64,000 bases of DNA, taken from contig OZ059898.1 of the NCBI GenBank assembly GCA_964057225.1, positions 6,200,001 through 6,264,000 of the forward strand, given 5' to 3'. The stretch's first letter is position 1; every line of letters starts with the position of its first letter. A program made the translations under genes and the position numbers. Source of the DNA: Auanema rhodensis (Eukaryota; Animalia; Nematoda). The notes beneath the pieces are model-generated. The model did no database searches, was not told the DNA's origin, and saw only the letters and a list, made by a program, of their open reading frames with translations. This document shows positions 1 to 13,269 of the stretch, piece by piece.

Positions 1-3000
1 CATTCTATCCAAAACAGTGACTTTTACTTCAACTGTTGTACTCTGTGGAGGCGTGCCTAAATTATTACAAAATTCAATTCGACACAAATATCATGATATC
101 GTACCTTGATCCGTTGCTGTTACGGTGAATTGATAAACATCCGTTGTGATCAATTGAGAAGCTACAGTAATCTGTCCATTCTGCTTGTCCAGCTTGAAAA
201 TAGTTGGAATGTTCGAACTAGAATAGGTGATGACAGCATTATCACCTATAAGACTTCATATTTAACAAAAAATTGAAATTAGAATAAAACTACCATAATC
301 ATCATCGACTGCTTTTACAGTTAAAATAGAGTGGTCAATTTTCATGTTTGTGCTGGTGACTACGTCGTATGGTTGTGACAAAAAGCGTGGAACACAATCA
401 TTTTCATCAAGAACTTTTATATCAACTACACATTGGGTATACACAGGAGGGATCGAATGAGCATGAACCTAAATCAATTATTCAATTTAACTAAACAAAA
501 AATTACCCACCTGAACCAATATATGTACTGAACTTATAATTTCGCGATCAAGTGGAGGCCCTGCCAACATAATGTGTCCTGTTCTCGAATTAATAGCGAA
601 TAAGTCGTTATGATTCAAAATAGTGTATGTTAACGGAGCATCGTTAGGTGCATTATCCACATAAATATAAGCAACACTCTGCATTGTAGCAAACACTCTA
701 TTCTCGGGTAGACTCAGAGACAAATTGTTGGAAAAGCAACGGAACGAATCATCAGTTGGTACAGCTTCAATTTGAACATTCAGTGTACAGGAATCAGAAA
801 ACATGCCATCTGTCACTACCAGTTCAGTCTAAAATGTAATTTTTAGAGTGAAATACTTTAAAATCATTGATAATGACCGTGAAACTCTTTTCATATATTG
901 TGTGAACCGCGGGCCCTGTTTTTATTATGCCTGTATACTTTTCAACATCAAAGAATTTCGTAAGCGCTTGATCCTAAAGTTCATAATTTGCTTTAAAAAT
1001 TATAAAAGATTTTGCAACCTTGAGGAAATATCGGAGTTTTCCAGTGGTATCTTTGTCTGTTGCAGTGATTTGATTTAAAATAACATTGCTAGTTGTGGGA
1101 AGTTTCAACACCAGATCATAGGATTTAGCTGAGAACTCAGGTTTCTCATCATTAGCATCCAACACTTTTATATTAATTTCAGCTGGTAAAGCGGATGTAC
1201 GCATTGGATGACCCATATCACTAAAATACAACATTCGATTCAATTAAGTATTTAATGGCATACCTGGCTTGGACGAAAAATGTTATTTCCTTGGTAACTT
1301 CAAAGTCAATCGAAGATCGAGATTTAACAGCTCCCGTTGCAAAATCGACAGTGAAAAACTCTTCTTGGTTCAATGTACGGTAGGTGACAAGTCCACTTGG
1401 CCCATAATCTTTATCACTAGCTGTAATTACCAAAGGTGATCCATCCTTTGATACAACTGCTGTTCCAGCAGGGCTATTTTCAATTATAAACCCTTCGTAA
1501 ACTAACTGACGGAAGATCGGTGCATATTTGTTGGTATTTACCAAGCGAGCAGATATCTGAAAACGGTTTCTCTAAGAAATAAAAAACGTATCATTCAAAA
1601 ACCTTAGATGTCGCAGTTCCTGAGGAATGTTCGTATAATATGAAGCATTCTAAAACTTTAGCTCTTTCCTGTGAAAACCACTTTCTGCTGGATATAACAC
1701 CAGTTATCTATAAATAAAAAAAGTTCGAAGAAGCGTCTATATTGCTTACGGGATGTATAGTGAAGTGAGGACAAGGCTTTTGTAAACGATATTTTCCACA
1801 ACACCGAGATGTTGAAACACTAACAAGAGGACTTCCAATGAAAATATCGTCTTTGATGGAAAGTTGGTAAACAGATCTGAAACATAGAAAATAACAGTAC
1901 GTTCCTCATGGTTGATAATACTTCATAAATTTAACAGAATTCTTGGTATTTCCATCAACTTCAACTCTCAATAGAGCGGAGTCAGTTAAACCCAACCGAT
2001 CACCATCAGTAGCTCTGATTGTTAAAACAGATTCGCGCAGTTCATCAGCTAATGGCTTAGCAATTCGAACAATGCCTGATATTTCACCCAATGAGAATAA
2101 TTGCTCTTCATTGCCACTGATAATTGCATAACGAAGTGATTTTTTTTGAGTAACATCTCTATCATGAGCAAGCAATTTTTGAACAACGTATCCAGTAGGC
2201 GCACTAAAAGGTAATTTCAATTATTTAGTAAACAAGTATCTCATACTTGAATGGTATTCTAGCTACAAATTCTCTTTGTAAAAATCGAGGTGGATTATCA
2301 TTGGCATCCAATAGATCTACAGAAAGAAATGCGAATCCGGTAGAAGAACCTCTTTGAGCAGCAACTATCATACGGATCTTTTTAGTGACTTCAAAATCCA
2401 AAGGTTCAACAACGACCAGATTTCCACTACTAAATATGATTTTAAGTCGGTAAACTTCTTCAAATATAAACTTACTTTGGTTCAATCCTAAATTTGTTCA
2501 ACATAAACTCATCCTCGCACGAATATAGAGAATAAGTTATTTTAGAATCGCCTCTAGCATTCAGAACTTTCAAATTATATACAGTAGAGCCAACTGGTGT
2601 TTTTTCTGATATTTCAGTGTGATATGTTAGAGCAGAAAATTTGGGCCGTTCAACTGTATTTCTATTTATATTAACGGTAATCTGGAAAAAAGAGCATAAG
2701 CACCAAAAGCAACAAAAAAAAAACCTTTGAAGAAATACTAGAGTCACCATCGGACACGGTTAAAGTTAATGTGATTGATGTCGCACCAATAGGTAGCACA
2801 GAAATTGGCTTCGCCAGTATAAGAGCACCCGTATTTGTTTCCGTGTCAGAACGCATAGAAAAAACTTCTTCCACATTCCCTTGTTCGATGGACCACCAAA
2901 GAATTTCAGAATCATCATCAGATGCTTCTAAGGTTATGATAGTAACGCCAACCTGAAAGATGAAGAAGCAAAACTAATTATAAATTTTCAGTGAAAGCAT

Positions 3001-6000
3001 ACTTGATCAGAATCAGTTGCAGTTACATTAGGAAAACTGTTTTTGAAAGCTGGCTTCTTATTTTTCCTTTTCTTTGGTTGGGTATTACCGGTTCCAGTGA
3101 TAACTACTCTTGTTTGAGCTAGTTGAGCTGGTAATCCTCGATCTGTAGCATGAACGCTAATGTGAAATACCTGACAATTATTTCGTAAAGTAGATATAAG
3201 AGAAAATAGCAACCTCATCATTTCCTAAAGGTGTATTTGTGGAAATATATCCATGTTCATTTATGGAAAAACGAGGATCTCCTTGAGTAATATTGTAATA
3301 CAGCTGCCCATTAGCACCAGAATCAGCATCATATGCAAATATTCTAAGTACAATATAGTATCAAATGATTAAGTTAATTGAAATACCTGCACAGAGCGCC
3401 ACTTTCACCAGCTTTGACATTGTAATGATGTATTGCTTGTGAAAACATAGGAGGGTTATCATTTACATCCTCAATACTGATCACAACTAAAACCGTAGAA
3501 CAAAGCTGTGGTTCACCATTATCACAAATAGATACTGACAATTCATGCTCGCTTTGCGTTTCTCTATCCAACTTCCGAGAACCCGATGTTGTTATATAAC
3601 CTATATACTACTATAGTATTGAAACATAATTAACTATACCAGTAACAGGGTCAATACGGAAGAAGCTTTGAGGATCTCCCTTCACGATAGAATAAGCTAG
3701 AGAACTTTGCGAACCTGGAAGCTCATCTCCGTCAGATGCCTCTAGTTTTACAACAACGGTATTCTTAAAGTATTGATATTTGTGTGAAAAAATTAAAATT
3801 ACTACTTGTGGTGAGTTCTCCTTTACACTGGCGAAAAAAATTGGACTATTGGGAAAAGGTCTGTGATCATTCTTATCCAGAATTCTTACAAATACGTGAA
3901 CTACAGCATATCGTATATTTCTTGTAGCATGAGACACTTCTATCGTAAGCCAATAACTCGACTGTTCTTCTCTGTCAAAAACAACCAAAGTTCTTATAGT
4001 CCCTGAAAAATTTGCTTAAAACCCTGACTATAGATAAAGAATAATTTCAGTAGAATTTGTTTCTATTTCAATCCAAGTTCATACAAATCCTCTTGGTGGG
4101 GTCGAAAATCGCTAGAGGCTAATACTTGATAGGCAATATGAGTCACAATTATTCACATATTATTGACAGATATTTGCATTTACATGTTCCCTAAGGAGAA
4201 CCAAAGCAGATGTTGAAGACAGAGGGATTGACATATAAGAACCTATGAAAACCTTCACTCACCATCGTTCACAGAGAAATATCCTAATCCGTTCCCGTCA
4301 ATAGGAGAAAACAGGTATTCCTTGTTGACTTTGCTATGCTGCATCAGAGGTTGTAGCGTAAAAACTTCAGTTCCGATAGGCATGTTTTCTTAACATTTAC
4401 TGTTCAAGCACACCAAATTCTTTAACTTACCATAAACACTAGCTTCATGAGCAACATCCTCAAATAATGGCCCAGAAGTATTTTCAAAAACCTCAATAAG
4501 GTTTACAACAAAGTGACAAGTGGTGCTCAATATTGATTCCCCATTATCAGATATCTACATATTTCTTGTTAGAATGAATTTAGATTCAATATTAAGTTTA
4601 CCTCAATTGAAATATTATATACAGACTTGGCCCGATAATCTAAAGGATTCTTCGAGTTAACAAAAACACAACCGGTTATAGGATCCAGAAAAAAGGGTAA
4701 GTTATTTCCCTCATTCTCTATTGAATATCGTAACCTAGCATTTATACCAATATCACGATCAACAGCTGATAAACACCCTATTAAAGCAGTGTCAGGAAAA
4801 TCTTCTGATATGGAGACCTAAAGAATATAATATTATTAAACTGATCCAAATTGAAACTTCAAACATACAGTTGTGACAGGCTCTAGACACACGGGTGGAT
4901 TATCATTAATATCTTCAACTACGATAGTTAAATTAATAAAAGAAAACAATTGGGGAGTTCCATGGTCAAAAGCAACCACAGTATATCTGAATAAGAACAA
5001 AAATTGAATACATAACAAAAGTTCATCAAACCTCAAAATATCTTGAAATTCCCTATCTAATGGCTTAGAAATAGTTATTTCTCCACTCTCTTCATTAATT
5101 TGCACATAACTCTCGTTTTGTGTCACCAAACGATATCCTACTCTGTAATGAATAGGAAATTAAAATTCTTATCCCTGTTTCAATCTTCAAACCTTCCTGC
5201 CTCTCCGTGGTCTTGATCGGTAGCGCTAACAATGAGTATCTTTTTGCCCACAACACTACTTTCTTGCACTTGAGTTCGATACCATGGCTGTAAGAAGCTT
5301 ATTATGTTGACACCATAAGCCGGGCAACTAATGCACAAGAAATAATATAGTCTTAATAGCAATCTGCAGATGAATATCTCTCGGTGTACGAGATGCTTTT
5401 CAATGTGCAGTTAAAGCTATTGCATCCTCTCAGCGTATTCCATTAGCTAATTATATATCATGCTTGCTCTTATTTGTAGGGTCAGGATATAACCAGCCCT
5501 ATGCCTAACAGAGTCAAATTTCAAGCTCCCCAAGAGGTGCTATGAAAACATATTGAATTTTGATTCATTTTAAGACTAAATATTGAGATTTGAGACCCGC
5601 GAAACAAAAGAAACCATCCATGCAAGAAATGCTTAAGAAATAATAACATACCTGGTCAAATTGAGGAATATAATTGTTGACGTCTTTGATTACTATACGG
5701 ATAGTGCCTGTTGTGTTTTTTCTAGGAATGCCGAGGTCAGAGGCCAGAATAGATAGTTCATGCTCGATGCTTTCGGAGCCTTAATTATAAATATACAAAA
5801 TTTTGCATTACAGAATAACTACCAGGGGATAAAAGAGATTGTAGATTGCGAGCAATAGTCACATCCCCATTGTTTCTATCAACCATAAAATATTCATCTA
5901 CAGAAGAATACTGCACAATCCCGTTGTAACCAGAATCACCATCTATTGCTTTTACTTTTGTAACCACCTGGAAAACGATTACATTAATCTTTTCAAGGAC

Positions 6001-8791
6001 TTGTCATATGGATCTATCTGTATGTCTTATGAGGAGAGTAAATTCATTACACTTGCATAACTGCTCACCAATCGTCATCTTTGAGTTAACCATTAAAAGC
6101 TCATACTCTAGCTCTGTATCTTTGTTCATGTATTCAGTTATTCATAAAGAAGACGATCGATGAGCGCACTTGACCCCGTGCTTTGTGGCACTCTTTCTCG
6201 ACAAAGGCACATAATGCTATTTTACAAAGCTGTCATCTGCTTACTCCTACTGTTCCCCCAATAATTAATTTCATGTAAGAAGAGTATTATTATGCTCAAA
6301 TGATAGATCTAGAAAATTAGCAAAACGTACAGTTCCTAGTTTCGCATCCTCAAAAATGGACAATGTCTTTGGAAGATTAGCGAACGAAGGAGATAATAAG
6401 TTAGCAGATGGTATTCCGAAAACAGGTCTTGGTTTACCAGGAACCTGAATTAAAACATGTAAACAATTACTTAATAACATTGTTCCTCACTTTAGTTCCA
6501 TTCCTATAGAAAATGAGGTTTAAAGATGACGACCGTGGTAACGGGTGACCCCCATCTACAGCCCAAAGAGTGGCTTTCCACACATTTTCATCTTTGGGTA
6601 AACTTCGAATCAGATTAATCTGTACATATAAATATGCGAAAAGCAAACTATTTTTAAACATACTTCACCGGTTGAATGATTGACATCGAAAGGGATCGGT
6701 TTTCCAGACAAAAGCTTATAAGCCAACTTTCCGTTCTCGTTGCTATCATGATCGATTGCATCAATCTATAAAATAAAGACAAGGGAATATTTTTAGTTAA
6801 TAAGACAATTCTACCTTCAATAGCACAGAATTTAATTTGGCACGCTCTGGTACAGCTATTGGACCCTGTCGTCCCCACTTAACAGCAAATACAGGGAAAT
6901 GATCGTTGGAATCCAGGACATTAGCTTCCACTTGAATAGATATGGGTTTCAGTTCAACATGCCCGAAGAGCTGAACACAACATGTTCGATTATGCTTACA
7001 AAGCAAACAAACTTTTGCCTCTACATTGAAGTGGTAGAATTTTTTAGATTCAAAATCTAATTGTTGAACTACACGAATAGCTCCGGTTAATTTATCGATA
7101 TGAAAAGGTAACGAAGTATCATTTCCAGATTGAATTTCAAATCTGTAAAAAGGATTAAAAAAATTCAAAATAAAACAGAAAAATGTACCTAACTAAGCTT
7201 TGGTCTTCAACAAAAAGGGTATTCACATATACTTTACCTATAATATAGTTTAACGGAACATCTTCTTCAACTTCAAAAAGCAATTTAGACTCCGAGAAGG
7301 ATATATTATATTGTCGAGCAACATCGATCTAATAGGAAAATTTCATATTTATATAACTATTAACATAAACATACGATAATAGTCGCAGTTGTATTGCTTT
7401 CTCTTGAAAAACCATTCCCTACACTAAGTGTAACATTAGTTCCTTCCTTTATAGCATGTCCCTTATTCTGAAACAACAAAGTAAACAAAACTAATCATGA
7501 AATACTAAACCGTATATAAGGTCCACACATCCCCACTCTTATTGACATGAAACCAATGCCTCAGATCATCATCTACCAAAGTTACATCAGAATGATTTGT
7601 TCCGCCTTCAACCCTGATAAAACCAGCGATCTAAAGGGGAAGATTAAACGATATTTCAATCTTACATTGGTTAAGTTGAAAAAAAAAATAAACCTGTTCG
7701 ACATAAATTTTATGAGAAAGCACGGTCCTCTTTTCTATTAATAACTTAGGATTTACTTTCTTCTTTTCCGTAACAATTATCTTAATGATATTGTTATTTA
7801 TTAACATAGGTATTGAAAAAAACCTGGACATTTGATGTCCAACTAGGCTGTTTCTGCTCTTCATCATAATTAAAAATACGAGATGCTCGATCTTCTGCTC
7901 TAACTTGGAAACTATATGTTCCTGCCTGAAGTTGTCTCAAAGATCGAACCCAACCTGCACGATAAAGACGTATATATTCAAATTCAACAAGTAAAACCTG
8001 ATATTGGATCAACAGTAAAATCAGAAGAGCGATTTACTAAAGAATAATAAATTTCTCCATTTATTCCTATATCAGCGTCAGACGCTTCCACTTTCAAAAT
8101 TTCAGTGAACGGTGGGACCTAAAGTAAAAAATGACTTTAAATCCATGTGCAAATTTGCAACATCATCAGTAACAGCTCCTTCATACTGATCGGTAAGTAA
8201 TGTAAACATTGGGCTCGCATCATTACGATCCAGCACTCTCAAGCGCACTATAGCAGTTGTTTCAACATTACCGCTGTTCTTTTGTTTACTAGTAGCCTTA
8301 ACCACCAGCTGATATAAATCCTAAACAGACTCATTACTTTATTAGAAATATAGAAAACCAGTTACCTTTAATTCTCTATTCAAAGGAGTATCATTCTTAT
8401 CTTTTTGCCTAATGCGCAAGAACACGAAATCACCCACTTGTTTAGAGTAAGCTTTAAACTGGTGGTTCTTATCCCCCTATTAAACAAAAATAAAAAAATA
8501 TAAGCATATAGAAATCAAACTTCAACTATTTTAAATTTAACAACTGAGTTGGAATGAGGCAGGGGGACTCCCATTTTAACGGTATCATCGCTTGAAGCAA
8601 ATTGATTCCCCCTTTAAGAAAAATAATAATAAAACAAAACTAAATTAATCAAACCTAGCATTTTCTTCTAAAGATATATTATACACAGGAGCAGTAAATG
8701 AGAAAAGAATTTCATTAGACCTGCTAGCTGAACACTGATTTCCATACAAAAATATAAAAAGAATAAACAGCAGAAATTCAAGTCTCCTCAT
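1..8791 (-). CDS. cdh-4: Fat-like giant cadherin, 5' portion (multi-exon; continues past the window start)
   Basis: ATG at 8791 starts a signal peptide (MRRLEFLLFILFIFLYGNQCSA). Many cadherin repeats follow, with DxNDNxP, LDRE/LDFE and AxDxD motifs, across dozens of short GT-AG introns. The number of tandem repeats points to Fat/CDH-4; orthology is by recognition. Confidence 0.85.
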
Positions 8792-9558
8792 TTCGAAAGT
8801 ATCATGTCAGTTTCTAAATGATGAATATATTATTTATTTTGAAAGATAAAAATAAAATACAGTATGTCTTTAAAGAGTAAATAAACAACAATAATTCATA
8901 GAATATAACCTAAAATGGACCAAAAGGGAGAGAGAAATAATCTAACGCAGCGGGAGAACAGCTAACAGCTTCATGGAGAATAGCAAATGAAAAGGTTTTG
9001 AGAAAACTCTGGGAATTTTCGCCGTTTTTGTTTTCATGCTTAAGTACTATGGATAGGCGTATGGATCAGCGCATTCCGGGACCTATGGTCAGCAACGCTG
9101 CAATGACCTCACACGCATGGGCGGGGCTATTGGTTGCTCACCATAAATGGCAAACACTAGGCGACATAGGCTAAACTATAAGCCATATGGCTGGAGCTAG
9201 ATGAAGAGAACCAGATGCCAACTTCCTAACACTATTAATGTCAAAAACAATAATCAAACCTGATGGTAGAAGACCAAAGCGAGCTGACGATTGCAGTTAA
9301 CGCTGAGCCACGCCTACGTCTTAAACCCAACTAGTCAAATTAACATGCTCAATTTTTCCCGCGTTTGGAGCTAGAGCACACTTACTACATATTTTGATCT
9401 AATGCATTCTTCCAAGTCTTTGTCCATTTATGCAAGTGCTCCAGAACCCGTTCATCTCTCTTTACTTAGATACTTAATTAGGATTACTTTGTTGTAACTA
9501 GTCCTCCGCTGGAAGCACTAGCAACGACGTCTAAATTGACTAAGGCCGAGCAGAATTA

Positions 9559-10030
9559 ATGCGTCGGATTGTGAGTGAAGAAGAAGAGGAAGAAGGGACT
9601 TCCCAACAGCATTGATGAAGTCTATGAACCGGATGACAGAGATAACAAAAAGATGTTGATGTTGATGACGATGGTACGAATCATCTTAGTCCAATGTGTA
9701 AGAGGTATGTAAGAGCGCCAAGAGGTCTATTTCAAATGTCAATGTGCGGCCAAAAAACCTTCACCAGATAGACAAAAACTATCAAAAAAACGAGTATTAG
9801 ATGTTGAAAAAACTATGAAGAAGACGGTGTCTCCAAAGCAGTAGTATAGGGTCAACTTATCTTACACAAACTCTACAAAGTTAGTGAACCTTGACTTAGA
9901 AGAGTAATATGGAGACAGCGGAAGAAGTAGAAAGAGAGGAGGTTATGGAAACAGAAAGGGAGGTGGTTGTGGAAGGATAAAGAGAAACGGACGCTGGACC
10001 TTTTGCGCTAGATTGGACAAAGGCTCTAGC
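9559..10030 (+). pseudogene. Decayed acidic ORF fragment (pseudogene or transposon relic)
   Basis: Coding-like pieces lie in shifting frames with stops: MRRIVSEEEEEEGTSQQH*, SIDEVYEPDDRDNKK, KDVDVDDDGTNHLSPMCKR, METAEEVEREEVMETEREVVVEG*. GC is higher than in typical introns here. Confidence 0.35.
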
Positions 10031-13000
10031 GATTCATTACTCATATATTCGCTTGACTGCTTTCTAAGATATAAAATTAAGGTTTTCATATGCTCAGAAT
10101 TTAGGGCTTTCCAGACCACACAACAGATAACTTGTGCTGTTAGTAACTAGTTTGGCTTATCGTTCAATATTTTGTAAGAAACAATTCATAAAAGGAATTT
10201 GATAAATGTATGGTCTTTTGACCCACCCTTCCCCTCCTTTCCGTCCGCTATTGAAGCTAATTCGGTCAGATGATGGAGCGGGAAAAGTTAGACATATGCA
10301 GATTCACATTATAGGAAACGGAATTCCGCAGAAGCTTCAAAAAGAAAGAAAAGTTTTGTTAAGCTCTTTTTGTTCCGTCGAAATAGAATGACAAATTTTT
10401 AAGAGGAAACATGAAAATTTTAAAAAAAATTTAAGAAGTGGGTAAAATATAGAAGAAGTAAAATTCAAACAATGCATCTAACAACCTAAGTATAAAAGTA
10501 GTTTTGCCTTAATTAATTTATTAAGCTGTCATCTACACACACAGAAAATTCGTCTGACCTTTAGTTAGCGTTCAGCTATGATTTAACTAACCGAAAATCT
10601 GATCTGTTCCCACGCTGGGTTGGTCTGCATGATATATAGCAAAATATAAGCAGGTCTCGTCAACTAACAAAGGATGTGGTCAACTTCATTTCCACTCATG
10701 ATATAAAGTCTTTGTTAGATGACACCCCAGTGACTACAGCGTCGAGAGACAACATCTGGAGTTAACCACGAAGAAATATATACGTCTTCTCGGTTCTGTA
10801 TTAAAAATCAGAGGAAAACATATCATGCAAAGTGCGTGGCTATAAAAGACCTTGTGTTCGATTTTTCCATAAGATCAATCCTGTTCACATTCCGAATGTG
10901 GATGATACTTTGGTTAAATAAATCGAAAGTTGTGAAATATATGTATAAGAAAAGGAGGATATGAACAGCGGCTATTAACTTTGCAAATAATGGAAGATAA
11001 CTAGCTTGTGAACACGAACGCTATGACGATGGTAGTTGGCGTATAGAAAAAATAAAAAAAATTTAAAAAGAAGAAAAAATACGTTTTGCGCCAGGGAGCA
11101 GATAAAATAAAATAATAAAGTTAATAGCTGTCAAAAAAAGCTGCAGTGTCGTGTCGAGAAAGCAGACTATCTTTAGTTCAGTAATTGTGTTAGAGTCTCA
11201 AACACTCAACAGCCCACACAGCAGACTGGGACCAAATAAGGAGAAAGGCCATTCAACTGAATAATAAAGCAATATCTAATAGAAGCAGTAGCTTTCTTCT
11301 AAAAATTGTATACGTTGAAGTATAAATATGGCATATAATCAACAACAAAAAAATCAAATAATCATACCGTAAAAATGACATTTACAGTCTTTCAAAGCGA
11401 GAGCATCTGACCGAAGAGGGATAGCAAATAAGGAAAAGAGGGCATGCAGAAAATAAAGAGATGAAAGAGAGCGAATATAAATTCAAACGCCAACCGGCAG
11501 AATTTGAACAAACGATGAGTGAATCATATCTGCCAAGTGACCTGCACTCTTTTAACCCCTGTGATGTTATTTTCGGTTCATGATTTGAAACTATTAGATA
11601 CAGCTTTCTTTCTTATCTAAAAAAATTCTTGAAGATCTTATAACAATCGACATGCAAAAAAAAATTCGATACTAGATATATGCCAAATGCAACTTCTTGG
11701 GGATTAACTTTCTTTCATTTTCCGAGGATCTTCGAACAAATGATAGCAAAGACACATGGTATTAATTCCAGATGTAGTCAATGAGAGTGCGACTATTTTT
11801 GATGAGTCATGATGAAAATAAAGATGAATGATGAAGAAAAAAGGATATCTAATGAGGGTAAATCACATTAATCATCCAATATTCATTCTCAAGGATTTTT
11901 ATCTTACGAAATGAAAAAAAAAAACATAAAAAATCAGATAGAGAATAATGAAACAATCAAAATTTGAAATTAATATTTTTCTTACATACAACACAAACAT
12001 AAGACGCTTTTTTAAAAACGTGAAAACGATGGATAAAGCGGTAACATCTGCACCAATAGATTTCCCAACAAAAAGCTACATCTGGTCTTTCCACCACGAA
12101 AGAATATATTACAGATTTCAATATTTTTACTTAATTGAAGATATTCTATCCAAATTCACAAATAATTAAAGTACTATCAAATCCAAAACAAAATAATATA
12201 CACTATCATCATGCACAGAAGATAGTATTGATTTGAACTGGTAAAGTTCGTACTATGAATTAAACATATGAATAATTCCTAAACAATTGTGACCTATTGA
12301 TGAGCTAACTTGTCATTTATATCAATCTTGCTCATCATTCTTTTTAAATATTTCACAATTATTTTTTTCAAATGTGTACAATCATATTATTCATTAGCTT
12401 CAGAAATAGCTCCCTTACGTAGCAAATACCTTGTTTTGGGAAAACTAAATTTTTTAAATTGGTATTAAACGAAAGGATATAAAAGGAAATTATAACAACA
12501 CTGCTCTTCTTTACATTCCTTTGACTTATTAGAACATGCCGTGTTTCATCGAAATATATGCTACCACGATAGTGAGGGTAAATATACAAAATGAATCAGA
12601 ATTTCACAAATCGAACGTTTTACACGTCAATAGTTGACTGGCGTAAACTCACGTGAAATAAAGGTGTTTAGTTTATATATGTTTGAACATATTTTAATTT
12701 AATTATCGGCCTTGATTGATTTTTTTTGAAGTATATATTCCACAAATGCAAATGGAGTTTTAATGCGAATGTATAATATACGTTTTTATGTATGAAATTC
12801 AAATTTGTTGAAGATGTATAGTTAACAAATTGTATAATTTTTATTATGAGATTTTCACAATTCATGTTTTGAAAAGGTTGAGCAATATCGCCTTTGATCG
12901 AAATGCAATTGTAAACCTTGATGATATAAAAGGTTGCCTTTGTAATGTTTAGTTTATTTATGCATAGTTATGTTCCTTTCGTTGTCTAATTTACAATAAA

Positions 13001-13269
13001 ATCAAACTCTTTCGTGAAATTGAATTTCAATAAGTGTCAAGTCGTCAGATTTTAGTGTTAACAAAAACTTGTAAAGAACAAGAACAATTTTTTTCAGTTT
13101 ATAATAATTAAAGAAGAACAGCCTTTAGCAAGTATAATGTTGAAAGATATATTATGTAATATTGACAAAATTCTTAATTTCGTCTATTTTTGCTTAATCT
13201 TACCCTTATAATTATTAATTTCAGGAAAGCTCATAATTGAATATAATCTGAAGGTGGAAATTTGTGTAG

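Noticed and set aside
5319-5500. SRP RNA resemblance (GCCGGGC; GGTCAGG...CAGCC)
   Set aside because: Lacks the GNRA-capped helix 8 and the AGCAG motif; too AT-rich and unlike nematode SRP RNA overall.
5498-5509. CCTATGCCTAAC in a loop of the structured intron as a telomerase RNA template for TTAGGC
   Set aside because: Only one perfect GCCTAA, with a mismatch in the alignment half. It is antisense to the host gene and I see no clear pseudoknot or H/ACA domain.
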